Positions 46,559 through 60,109 of a DNA stretch of 64,000 bases are shown here, in pieces. The stretch is from positions 15,128,001-15,192,000 of the forward strand of contig OZ024742.1 of NCBI GenBank assembly GCA_964016885.1. The letters run 5' to 3'. The DNA is from Eledone cirrhosa. Taxonomy: Eukaryota. Below the pieces are notes generated by a model, which was not told the origin of the DNA, did no database searches, and saw only the letters and a program-made list of their open reading frames with translations. Every line of letters starts with the position of its first letter. Position 1 is the first letter of the stretch. The position numbers were made by a program, and so were the translations under genes.

Positions 46559-48831
46559 TGGTGAGGTGGCACCACTTAGCTCAAACTAATCATATCTAAA
46601 TTACCATATATATATATATATATTGGTGAGGTGGCACCACTAAGCTGAAACTAATCATATCTAAATTACCATATATATATATTGGTGAGGTGGCACCACT
46701 TAGCTCAAACTAATCACATCTAAATTACCATATATATATATTGGTGAGGTGGTACCACTTAGCTCAAACTAATCATATCTAAATTACCATATACATATAT
46801 TGGTGAGGTGGCACCACTTAGCTGAAACTAATCATATCTAAATTACCATATATATTGGTGAGGTGGCACCACTTAGCTCAAACTAATCATATCTAAATTA
46901 CCATATATATATATATTGGTGAGGTGGCACCACTTAGCTCAAACTAATCATATCTAAATTACCATATATATATATTGGTGAGGTGGCACCACTTAGCTCA
47001 AACTAATCATATCTAAATTACCATATATATATATATTGGTGAGGTGGCACCACTTAGCTGAAACTAATCATATCTAAATTACCATATATATTGGTGAGGT
47101 GGCACCACTTAGCTCAAACTAATCATATCTAAATTACCATATATATATATATTGGTGAGGTGGCACCACTTAGCTCAAACTAATCATATCTAAATTACCA
47201 TATATATTGGTGAGGTGGCACCACTTAGCTGAAACTAATCATATCTAAATTACCATATATATATATATTGGTGAGGTGGCACTACTTAGCTCAAACTAAT
47301 CATATCTAAATTACCATATATATTGGTGAGGTGGCACCACTTAGCTCAAACTAATCATATCTATATTACCATATATATATATATTGGTGAGGTGGTACCA
47401 CTTAGCTCAAACTAATCACATCTAAATTACCATATATATTGGTGAGGTGGCACCACTTAGCTCAAACTAATCATATCTATATTACCATATATATATATAT
47501 TGGTGAGGTGGCACCACTTAGCTCAAACTAATCATATCTAAATTACCATATATATATATATTGGTGAGGTGGCACCACTTAGCTCAAACTAATCATATCT
47601 AAATTACCATATATATTGGTGAGGTGGCACCACTTAGCTCAAACTAATCATATCTAAACTACCATATATATATATTGGTGAGGTGGCACCACTTAGCTCA
47701 AACTAATCATATCTAAATTACCATATATATATATATTGGTGAGGTGGCACCACTTAGCTCAAACTAATCACATCTAAATTACCATATATATTGGTGAGGT
47801 GGCACCACTTAGCTCAAACTAATCATATCTAAATTACCATATATATATATATTGGTGAGGTGGCACCACTTAGCTCAAACTAATCATATCTAAATTAACA
47901 TATATACATATATTGGTGAGGTGGTACCACTTAGCTCAAACTAATCATATCTAAATTACCATATATATATATTGGTGAGGTGGTACCACTTAGCTCAAAC
48001 TAATCACATCTAAATTACCATATATATTGGTGAGGTGGCACCACTTAGCTGAAACTAATCATATCTAAATTACCATATATATATATTGGTGAGGTGGTAC
48101 CACTTAGCTCAAACTAATCACATCTAAATTACCATATATTTTGGTGAGGTGGCACCACTTAGCTCAAACTAATCATATCTAAATTACCATATATATATAT
48201 ATTGGTGAGGTGGCACCACTTAGCTCAAACTAATCATATCTAAATTAACATATATACATATATTGGTGAGGTGGCACCACTTAGCTCAAACTAATCATAT
48301 CTAAATTACCATATATATATATTGGTGAGGTGGTACCACTTAGCTGAAACTAATCACATCTAAATTACCATATATATTGGTGAGGTGGTACCACTTAGCT
48401 CAAACTAATCAAATCTAAATTACCATATATATTAGTGAGGTGGCACCACTTAACTCAAACTAATCATATCTAAATTACCATATATATTGGTGAGGTGGCA
48501 CCACTTAGCTCAAACTAATCATATCTAAATTACCATATATATATATATTGGTGAGGTGGTACCACTTAGCTCAAACTAATCACATCTAAATTACCATATA
48601 TATTGGTGAGGTGGCACCACTTAGCTCAAACTAATCATATCTAAATTACCATATATATTGGTGAGGTGGCACTACTTAGCTCAAACTAATCACATCTAAA
48701 TTACCATATATATATATTGGTGAGGTGGCACCACTTAGCTCAAACTAATCATATCTAAATTACCATATATATATATTGGTGAGGTGGCACCACTTAGCTC
48801 AAACTAATCATATCTAAATTACCATATATAT

Positions 48832-48894
48832 GGCCATCCAAACCCATGCAAGCGTGGAACACGGACGTCAAACGATGATGATGATGATGATGAT
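48832..48894 (+). mobile_element. Insert copy 21
   Basis: Same body, (GAT)7. Confidence 0.6.
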
Positions 48895-50862
48895 TGGTGA
48901 GGTGGCACCACTTAGCTCAAACTAATCATATCTAAATTACCATATATATTGGTGAGGTGGCACCACTTAGCTGAAACTAATCATATCTAAATTACCATAT
49001 ATATATATATTGGTGAGGTGGCACTACTTAGCTCAAACTAATCATATCTAAATTACCATATATATTGGTGAGGTGGCACCACTTAGCTCAAACTAATCAT
49101 ATCTATATTACCATATATATATATATTGGTGAGGTGGTACCACTTAGCTCAAACTAATCACATCTAAATTACCATATATATTGGTGAGGTGGCACCACTT
49201 AGCTCAAACTAATCATATCTATATTACCATATATATATATATTGGTGAGGTGGCACCACTTAGCTCAAACTAATCATATCTAAATTACCATATATATATA
49301 TATTGGTGAGGTGGCACCACTTAGCTCAAACTAATCATATCTAAATTACCATATATATTGGTGAGGTGGCACCACTTAGCTCAAACTAATCATATCTAAA
49401 TTACCATATATATATATTGGTGAGGTGGCACCACTTAGCTCAAACTAATCATATCTAAATTACCATATATATATATATTGGTGAGGTGGCACCACTTAGC
49501 TCAAACTAATCACATCTAAATTACCATATATATTGGTGAGGTGGCACCACTTAGCTCAAACTAATCATATCTAAATTACCATATATATATATATTGGTGA
49601 GGTGGCACCACTTAGCTCAAACTAATCATATCTAAATTAACATATATACATATATTGGTGAGGTGGTACCACTTAGCTCAAACTAATCATATCTAAATTA
49701 CCATATATATATATTGGTGAGGTGGTACCACTTAGCTCAAACTAATCACATCTAAATTACCATATATATTGGTGAGGTGGCACCACTTAGCTCAAACTAA
49801 TCATATCTAAATTACCATATATATATATTGGTGAGGTGGTACCACTTAGCTCAAACTAATCACATCTAAATTACCATATATATTGGTGAGGTGGCACCAC
49901 TTAGCTCAAACTAATCATATCTAAATTACCATATATATATATATTGGTGAGGTGGCACCACTTAGCTCAAACTAATCATATCTAAATTAACATATATACA
50001 TATATTGGTGAGGTGGCACCACTTAGCTCAAACTAATCATATCTAAATTACCATATATATATATTGGTGAGGTGGCACCACTTAGCTCAAACTAATCACA
50101 TCTAAATTACCATATATATATATTGGTGAGATGGTACCACTTAGCTCAAACTAATCATATCTAAATTACCATATATATTGGTGAGGTGGTACCACTTAGC
50201 TCAAACTAATCATATCTAAATTACCATATATATTGGTGAGGTGGCACCACTTAGCTCAAACTAATCACATCTAAATTACCATATATATATATTGGTGAGA
50301 TGGTACCACTTAGCTCAAACTAATCATATCTAAATTACCATATATATTGGTGAGGTGGCACCACTTAGCTCAAACTAATCACATCTAAATTACCATATAT
50401 ATATATTGGTGAGGTGGTACCACTTAGCTCAAACTAATCATATCTAAATTACCATATATATATATTGGTGAGGTGGCACCACTTAGCTCAAACTAATCAT
50501 ATCTAAATTACCATATACATATATTGGTGAGGTGGCACCACTTAGCTCAAACTAATCATATCTAAATTACCATATATATTGGTGAGGTGGCACCACTTAG
50601 CTCAAACTAATCATATCTAAATTACCATATATATTGGTGAGGTGGCACCACTTAGCTCAAACTAATCATATCTAAATTACCATATATATTGGTGAGGTGG
50701 CACCACTTAGCTCAAACTAATCATATCTAAATTACCATATATATATATTGGTGAGGTGGCACCACTAAGCTGAAACTAATCATATCTAAATTACCATATA
50801 TATATATTGGTGAGGTGGCACAACTTAGCTCAAACTAATCATATCTAAATTACCATATATAT

Positions 50863-50925
50863 GGCCATCCAAACCCATGCAAGCGTGGAACACGGACGTC
50901 AAACGATGATGATGATGATGATGAT
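50863..50925 (+). mobile_element. Insert copy 22
   Basis: Same body, (GAT)7. Confidence 0.6.
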
Positions 50926-53900
50926 TGGTGAGGTGGCACCACTTAGCTCAAACTAATCATATCTAAATTACCATATATATATATATATTGGTGAGGTGGC
51001 ACCACTAAGCTGAAACTAATCATATCTAAATTACCATATATATATATTGGTGAGGTGGCACCACTTAGTTCAAACTAATCATATCTAAATTACCATATAT
51101 ATATATTGGTGAGGTGGCACCACTTAGCTCAAACTAATCATATCTAAATTACCATATATATATATTGGTGAGGTGGCACCACTTAACTCAAACTAAACAT
51201 ATCTAAATTACTATATATATATATTGGTGAGGTGGCACCACTTAGCTCAAACTAATCATATCTAAATTACCATATATATATATTGGTGAGGTGGCACCAC
51301 TTAGCTCAAACTAATCTTATCTAAATTACCATATATATTGGTGAGGTGGCACCACTTAGCTCAAACTAATCATATCTAAATTACCATATATATTGGTGAG
51401 GTGGCACCACTTAGCTCAAACTAATCACATCTAAATTACCATATATATTGGTGAGGTGGCACCACTTAGCTCAATCTCATCATATCTAAATTACCATATA
51501 TATTGGTGAGGTGGCACCACTTAACTCAAACTAATCATATCTAAATTACCATATATATATATTGGTGAGGTGGCACCACTTAGCTCAAACTAATCATATC
51601 TAAATTACCATATATATATATTGGTGAGGTGGCACCACTTAGCTCAAACTAATCATATCTAAATTACCATATATATATATTGGTGAGGTGGCACCACTTA
51701 GCTCAAACTAATCATATCTAAATTACCATATATATTGGTGAGGTGGCACCACTTAGCTCAAACTAATCATATCTAAATTACCATATATATTGGTGAGGTG
51801 GCACCACTTAGCTCAAACTAATCATATCTAAATTACCATATATATATATATTGGTGAGGTGGCACCACTTAGCTCAAACTAATCATATCTAAATTACCAT
51901 ATATATTGGTGAGGTGGCACCACTTAGCTCAAACTAATCATATCTAAATTACCATATATATATATTGGTGAGGTGGTACCACTTAGCTCAAACTAATCAC
52001 ATCTAAATTACCATATATATATATATTGGTGAGGTGGCACCACTTAGCTCAAACTAATCATATCTAAATTACCATATATATTGGTGAGGTGGCACCCCTT
52101 AGCTCAAACTAATCATATCTAAATTACCATATATATATATTGGTGAGGTGGTACCACTTAGCTCAAACTAATCACATCTAAATTACCATATATATTGGTG
52201 AGGTGGCACCACTTAACTCAAACTAATCATATCTAAATTACCATATATATTGGTGAGGTGGCACCACTTAGCTCAAACTAATCATATCTAAATTACCATA
52301 TATATATATTGGTGAGGTGGCACCACTTAGCTCAAACTAATCATATCTAAATTAACATATATACATATATTGGTGAGGTGGCACCACTTAGCTCAAACTA
52401 ATCATATCTAAATTACCATATATATTGGTGAGGTGGCACCACTTAGCTCAAACTAATCATATCTAAATTACCATATATATATATTGGTGAGGTGGCACCA
52501 CTTAGCTCAAACTAATCATATCTAAATTACCATATATATATATTGGTGAGGTGGCACCACTTAGCTCAAACTAATCATATCTAAATTACCATATATATTG
52601 GTGAGGTGGCACCACTTAGCTCAAACTAATCATATCTAAATTACCATATATATTGGTGAGGTGGCACCACTTAGCTCAAACTAATCATATCTAAATTACC
52701 ATATATATATATATTGGTGAGGTGGCACCACTTAGCTCAAACTAATCATATCTAAATTACCATATATATTGGTGAGGTGGCACCACTTTGCTCAAACTAA
52801 TCATATCTAAATTACCATATATATATATTGGTGAGGTGGTACCACTTAGCTCAAACTAATCACATCTAAATTACCATATATATTGGTGAGGTGGTACCAC
52901 TTAGCTCAAACTAATCACATCTAAATTACCATATATATTGGTGAGGTGGCACCACTTAACTCAAACTAATCATATCTAAATTACCATATATATTGGTGAG
53001 GTGGCACCACTTAGCTCAAACTAATCATATCTAAATTACCATATATATTGGTGAGGTGGCACCACTTAGCTGAAACTAATCATATCTAAATTACCATATA
53101 TATATATATTGGTGAGGTGGCACTACTTAGCTCAAACTAATCATATCTAAATTACCATATATATTGGTGAGGTGGCACCACTTAGCTCAAACTAATCATA
53201 TCTATATTACCATATATATATATATTGGTGAGGTGGTACCACTTAGCTCAAACTAATCACATCTAAATTACCATATATATTGGTGAGGTGGCACCACTTA
53301 GCTCAAACTAATCATATCTATATTACCATATATATATATATTGGTGAGGTGGCACCACTTAGCTCAAACTAATCATATCTAAATTACCATATATATATAT
53401 ATTGGTGAGGTGGCACCACTTAGCTCAAACTAATCATATCTAAATTACCATATATATTGGTGAGGTGGCACCACTTAGCTCAAACTAATCATATCTAAAC
53501 TACCATATATATATATTGGTGAGGTGGCACCACTTAGCTCAAACTAATCATATCTAAATTACCATATATATATATATTGGTGAGGTGGCACCACTTAGCT
53601 CAAACTAATCACATCTAAATTACCATATATATTGGTGAGGTGGCACCACTTAGCTCAAACTAATCATATCTAAATTACCATATATATATATATTGGTGAG
53701 GTGGCACCACTTAGCTCAAACTAATCATATCTAAATTAACATATATACATATATTGGTGAGGTGGTACCACTTAGCTCAAACTAATCATATCTAAATTAC
53801 CATATATATATATTGGTGAGGTGGTACCACTTAGCTCAAACTAATCACATCTAAATTACCATATATATTGGTGAGGTGGCACCACTTAGCTGAAACTAAT

Positions 53901-54904
53901 CATATCTAAATTACCATATATATATATTGGTGAGGTGGTACCACTTAGCTCAAACTAATCACATCTAAATTACCATATATTTTGGTGAGGTGGCACCACT
54001 TAGCTCAAACTAATCATATCTAAATTACCATATATATATATATTGGTGAGGTGGCACCACTTAGCTCAAACTAATCATATCTAAATTAACATATATACAT
54101 ATATTGGTGAGGTGGCACCACTTAGCTCAAACTAATCATATCTAAATTACCATATATATATATTGGTGAGGTGGTACCACTTAGCTGAAACTAATCACAT
54201 CTAAATTACCATATATATTGGTGAGGTGGTACCACTTAGCTCAAACTAATCAAATCTAAATTACCATATATATTAGTGAGGTGGCACCACTTAACTCAAA
54301 CTAATCATATCTAAATTACCATATATATTGGTGAGGTGGCACCACTTAGCTCAAACTAATCATATCTAAATTACCATATATATATATATTGGTGAGGTGG
54401 TACCACTTAGCTCAAACTAATCACATCTAAATTACCATATATATTGGTGAGGTGGCACCACTTAGCTCAAACTAATCATATCTAAATTACCATATATATT
54501 GGTGAGGTGGCACTACTTAGCTCAAACTAATCACATCTAAATTACCATATATATATATTGGTGAGGTGGTACCACTTAGCTCAAACTAATCACATCTAAA
54601 TTACCATATATATATATTGGTGTGGTGGCACCACTTAGCTCAAACTAATCATATCTAAATTACCATATATATATATTGGTGAGGTGGCACCACTTAGCTC
54701 AAACTAATCACATCTAAATTACCATATATATATATTGGTGAGGTGGTACCACTTAGCTCAAACTAATCATATCTAAATTACCATATATATTGGTGAGGTG
54801 GCACCACTTAGCTCAAACTAATCATATCTAAATTACCATATATATATATTGGTGAGGTGGCACCACTTAGCTCAAACTAATCATATCTAAATTACCATAT
54901 ATAT

Positions 54905-54967
54905 GGCCATCCAAACCCATGCAAGCGTGGAACACGGACGTCAAACGATGATGATGATGATGATGAT
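54905..54967 (+). mobile_element. Insert copy 23 (first of doublet)
   Basis: Same body, (GAT)7. Confidence 0.6.
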
Positions 54968-55136
54968 TGGTGAGGTGGCACCACTTAGCTCAAACTAATC
55001 ATATCTAAATTACCATATATATTGGTGAGGTGGCACCACTTAGCTCAAACTAATCATATCTAAATTACCATATATATATATTGGTGAGGTGGCACCACTT
55101 AGCTCAAACTAATCATATCTAAATTACCATATATAT

Positions 55137-55199
55137 GGCCATCCAAACCCATGCAAGCGTGGAACACGGACGTCAAACGATGATGATAATGATGATGAT
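55137..55199 (+). mobile_element. Insert copy 24, AAT tail variant
   Basis: Same body, (GAT)3-AAT-(GAT)3 as in copy 20. Confidence 0.6.
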
Positions 55200-57472
55200 T
55201 GGTGAGGTGGCACCACTTAGCTCAAACTAATCATATCTAAATTACCATATATATATATATATATTGGTGAAGTGGCACCACTAAGCTGAAACTAATCATA
55301 TCTAAATTACCATATATATATATTGGTGAGGTGGCACCACTTAGCTCAAACTAATCACATCTAAATTACCATATATATATATTGGTGAGGTGGTACCACT
55401 TAGCTCAAACTAATCATATCTAAATTACCATATACATATATTGGTGAGGTGGCACCACTTAGCTGAAACTAATCATATCTAAATTACCATATATATTGGT
55501 GAGGTGGCACCACTTAGCTCAAACTAATCATATCTAAATTACCATATATATATATATTGGTGAGGTGGCACCACTTAGCTCAAACTAATCATATCTAAAT
55601 TACCATATATATATATTGGTGAGGTGGCACCACTTAGCTCAAACTAATCATATCTAAATTACCATATATATATATATTGGTGAGGTGGCACCACTTAGCT
55701 GAAACTAATCATATCTAAATTACCATATATATTGGTGAGGTGGCACCACTTAGCTCAAACTAATCATATCTAAATTACCATATATATATATATTGGTGAG
55801 GTGGCACCACTTAGCTCAAACTAATCATATCTAAATTACCATATATATTGGTGAGGTGGCACCACTTAGCTGAAACTAATCATATCTAAATTACCATATA
55901 TATATATATTGGTGAGGTGGCACTACTTAGCTCAAACTAATCATATCTAAATTACCATATATATTGGTGAGGTGGCACCACTTAGCTCAAACTAATCATA
56001 TCTATATTACCATATATATATATATTGGTGAGGTGGTACCACTTAGCTCAAACTAATCACATCTAAATTACCATATATATTGGTGAGGTGGCACCACTTA
56101 GCTCAAACTAATCATATCTATATTACCATATATATATATATTGGTGAGGTGGCACCACTTAGCTCAAACTAATCATATCTAAATTACCATATATATATAT
56201 ATTGGTGAGGTGGCACCACTTAGCTCAAACTAATCATATCTAAATTACCATATATATTGGTGAGGTGGCACCACTTAGCTCAAACTAATCATATCTAAAC
56301 TACCATATATATATATTGGTGAGGTGGCACCACTTAGCTCAAACTAATCATATCTAAATTACCATATATATATATATTGGTGAGGTGGCACCACTTAGCT
56401 CAAACTAATCACATCTAAATTACCATATATATTGGTGAGGTGGCACCACTTAGCTCAAACTAATCATATCTAAATTACCATATATATATATATTGGTGAG
56501 GTGGCACCACTTAGCTCAAACTAATCATATCTAAATTAACATATATACATATATTGGTGAGGTGGTACCACTTAGCTCAAACTAATCATATCTAAATTAC
56601 CATATATATATATTGGTGAGGTGGTACCACTTAGCTCAAACTAATCACATCTAAATTACCATATATATTGGTGAGGTGGCACCACTTAGCTGAAACTAAT
56701 CATATCTAAATTACCATATATATATATTGGTGAGGTGGTACCACTTAGCTCAAACTAATCACATCTAAATTACCATATATTTTGGTGAGGTGGCACCACT
56801 TAGCTCAAACTAATCATATCTAAATTACCATATATATATATATTGGTGAGGTGGCACCACTTAGCTCAAACTAATCATATCTAAATTAACATATATACAT
56901 ATATTGGTGAGGTGGCACCACTTAGCTCAAACTAATCATATCTAAATTACCATATATATATATTGGTGAGGTGGTACCACTTAGCTGAAACTAATCACAT
57001 CTAAATTACCATATATATTGGTGAGGTGGTACCACTTAGCTCAAACTAATCAAATCTAAATTACCATATATATTAGTGAGGTGGCACCACTTAACTCAAA
57101 CTAATCATATCTAAATTACCATATATATTGGTGAGGTGGCACCACTTAGCTCAAACTAATCATATCTAAATTACCATATATATATATATTGGTGAGGTGG
57201 TACCACTTAGCTCAAACTAATCACATCTAAATTACCATATATATTGGTGAGGTGGCACCACTTAGCTCAAACTAATCATATCTAAATTACCATATATATT
57301 GGTGAGGTGGCACTACTTAGCTCAAACTAATCACATCTAAATTACCATATATATATATTGGTGAGGTGGCACCACTTAGCTCAAACTAATCATATCTAAA
57401 TTACCATATATATATATTGGTGAGGTGGCACCACTTAGCTCAAACTAATCATATCTAAATTACCATATATAT

Positions 57473-57535
57473 GGCCATCCAAACCCATGCAAGCGTGGAA
57501 CACGGACGTCAAACGATGATGATGATGATGATGAT
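57473..57535 (+). mobile_element. Insert copy 25 (first of doublet)
   Basis: Same body, (GAT)7. Confidence 0.6.
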
Positions 57536-57704
57536 TGGTGAGGTGGCACCACTTAGCTCAAACTAATCATATCTAAATTACCATATATATTGGTGAGGTG
57601 GCACCACTTAGCTCAAACTAATCATATCTAAATTACCATATATATATATTGGTGAGGTGGCACCACTTAGCTCAAACTAATCATATCTAAATTACCATAT
57701 ATAT

Positions 57705-57767
57705 GGCCATCCAAACCCATGCAAGCGTGGAACACGGACGTCAAACGATGATGATGATGATGATGAT
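57705..57767 (+). mobile_element. Insert copy 26 (second of doublet)
   Basis: Same body, (GAT)7. Confidence 0.6.
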
Positions 57768-59218
57768 TGGTGAGGTGGCACCACTTAGCTCAAACTAATC
57801 ATATCTAAATTACCATATATATATATATATATTGGTGAGGTGGCACCACTAAGCTGAAACTAATCACATCTAAATTACCATATATATATATTGGTGAGGT
57901 GGCACCACTTAGCTCAAACTAATCACATCTAAATTACCATATATATTGGTGAGGTGGCACCACTTAGCTCAAACTAATCATATCTAAATTACCATATATA
58001 TATATATTGGTGAGGTGGCACCACTTAGCTCAAACTAATCATATCTAAATTAACATATATACATATATTGGTGAGGTGGTACCACTTAGCTCAAACTAAT
58101 CATATCTAAATTACCATATATATATATTGGTGAGGTGGTACCACTTAGCTCAAACTAATCACATCTAAATTACCATATATATTGGTGAGGTGGCACCACT
58201 TAGCTGAAACTAATCATATCTAAATTACCATATATATATATTGGTGAGGTGGTACCACTTAGCTCAAACTAATCACATCTAAATTACCATATATATTGGT
58301 GAGGTGGCACCACTTAGCTCAAACTAATCATATCTAAATTACCATATATATATATATTGGTGAGGTGGCACCACTTAGCTCAAACTAATCATATCTAAAT
58401 TAACATATATACATATATTGGTGAGGTGGCACCACTTAGCTCAAACTAATCATATCTAAATTACCATATATATATATTGGTGAGGTGGTACCACTTAGCT
58501 GAAACTAATCACATCTAAATTACCATATATATTGGTGAGGTGGTACCACTTAGCTCAAACTAATCAAATCTAAATTACCATATATATTAGTGAGGTGGCA
58601 CCACTTAACTCAAACTAATCATATCTAAATTACCATATATATTGGTGAGGTGGCACCACTTAGCTCAAACTAATCATATCTAAATTACCATATATATATA
58701 TATTGGTGAGGTGGTACCACTTAGCTCAAACTAATCACATCTAAATTACCATATATATTGGTGAGGTGGCACCACTTAGCTCAAACTAATCATATCTAAA
58801 TTACCATATATATTGGTGAGGTGGCACTACTTAGCTCAAACTAATCACATCTAAATTACCATATATATATATTGGTGAGGTGGTACCACTTAGCTCAAAC
58901 TAATCACATCTAAATTACCATATATATATATTGGTGAGGTGGCACCACTTAGCTCAAACTAATCATATCTAAATTACCATATATATATATTGGTGAGGTG
59001 GCACCACTTAGCTCAAACTAATCACATCTAAATTACCATATATATATATTGGTGAGGTGGTACCACTTAGCTCAAACTAATCATATCTAAATTACCATAT
59101 ATATTGGTGAGGTGGCACCACTTAGCTCAAACTAATCATATCTAAATTACCATATATATATATTGGTGAGGTGGCACCACTTAGCTCAAACTAATCATAT
59201 CTAAATTACCATATATAT

Positions 59219-59281
59219 GGCCATCCAAACCCATGCAAGCGTGGAACACGGACGTCAAACGATGATGATGATGATGATGAT
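59219..59281 (+). mobile_element. Insert copy 27 (first of doublet)
   Basis: Same body, (GAT)7. Confidence 0.6.
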
Positions 59282-59450
59282 TGGTGAGGTGGCACCACTT
59301 AGCTCAAACTAATCATATCTAAATTACCATATATATTGGTGAGGTGGCACCACTTAGCTCAAACTAATCATATCTAAATTACCATATATATATATTGGTG
59401 AGGTGGCACCACTTAGCTCAAACTAATCATATCTAAATTACCATATATAT

Positions 59451-59513
59451 GGCCATCCAAACCCATGCAAGCGTGGAACACGGACGTCAAACGATGATGA
59501 TGATGATGATGAT
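59451..59513 (+). mobile_element. Insert copy 28 (second of doublet)
   Basis: Same body, (GAT)7. Confidence 0.6.
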
Positions 59514-60109
59514 TGGTGAGGTGGCACCACTTAGCTCAAACTAATCATATCTAAATTACCATATATATATATATATATTGGTGAGGTGGCACCACTAAGC
59601 TGAAACTAATCATATCTAAATTACCATATATATATATTGGTGAGGTGGCACCACTTAGCTCAAACTAATCACATCTAAATTACCATATATATATATTGGT
59701 GAGGTGGTACCACTTAGCTCAAACTAATCATATCTAAATTACCATATACATATATTGGTGAGGTGGCACCACTTAGCTGAAACTAATCATATCTAAATTA
59801 CCATATATATTGGTGAGGTGGCACCACTTAGCTCAAACTAATCATATCTAAATTACCATATATATATATATTGGTGAGGTGGCACCACTTAGCTCAAACT
59901 AATCATATCTAAATTACCATATATATATATTGGTGAGGTGGCACCACTTAGCTCAAACTAATCATATCTAAATTACCATATATATATATATTGGTGAGGT
60001 GGCACCACTTAGCTGAAACTAATCATATCTAAATTACCATATATATTGGTGAGGTGGCACCACTTAGCTCAAACTAATCATATCTAAATTACCATATATA
60101 TATATATTG

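Larger units (their letters stand above)
42750..48729 (+). repeat. Tandem higher-order duplication, 2800-bp unit x~2 (boundaries approximate)
   Basis: Insert doublets 43464/46264 and 43696/46496; CTAAACTACC variant 44859/47659; GTGGTGGCAC 43181/45981. Confidence 0.9.
52990..57613 (+). repeat. Higher-order block duplicate of ~44350-48972 (offset 8641 bp)
   Basis: Inserts 46264/54905, 46496/55137 (shared AAT tail variant) and 48832/57473; CTAAACTACC variant 44859/53500 and 47659/56300. Confidence 0.9.
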
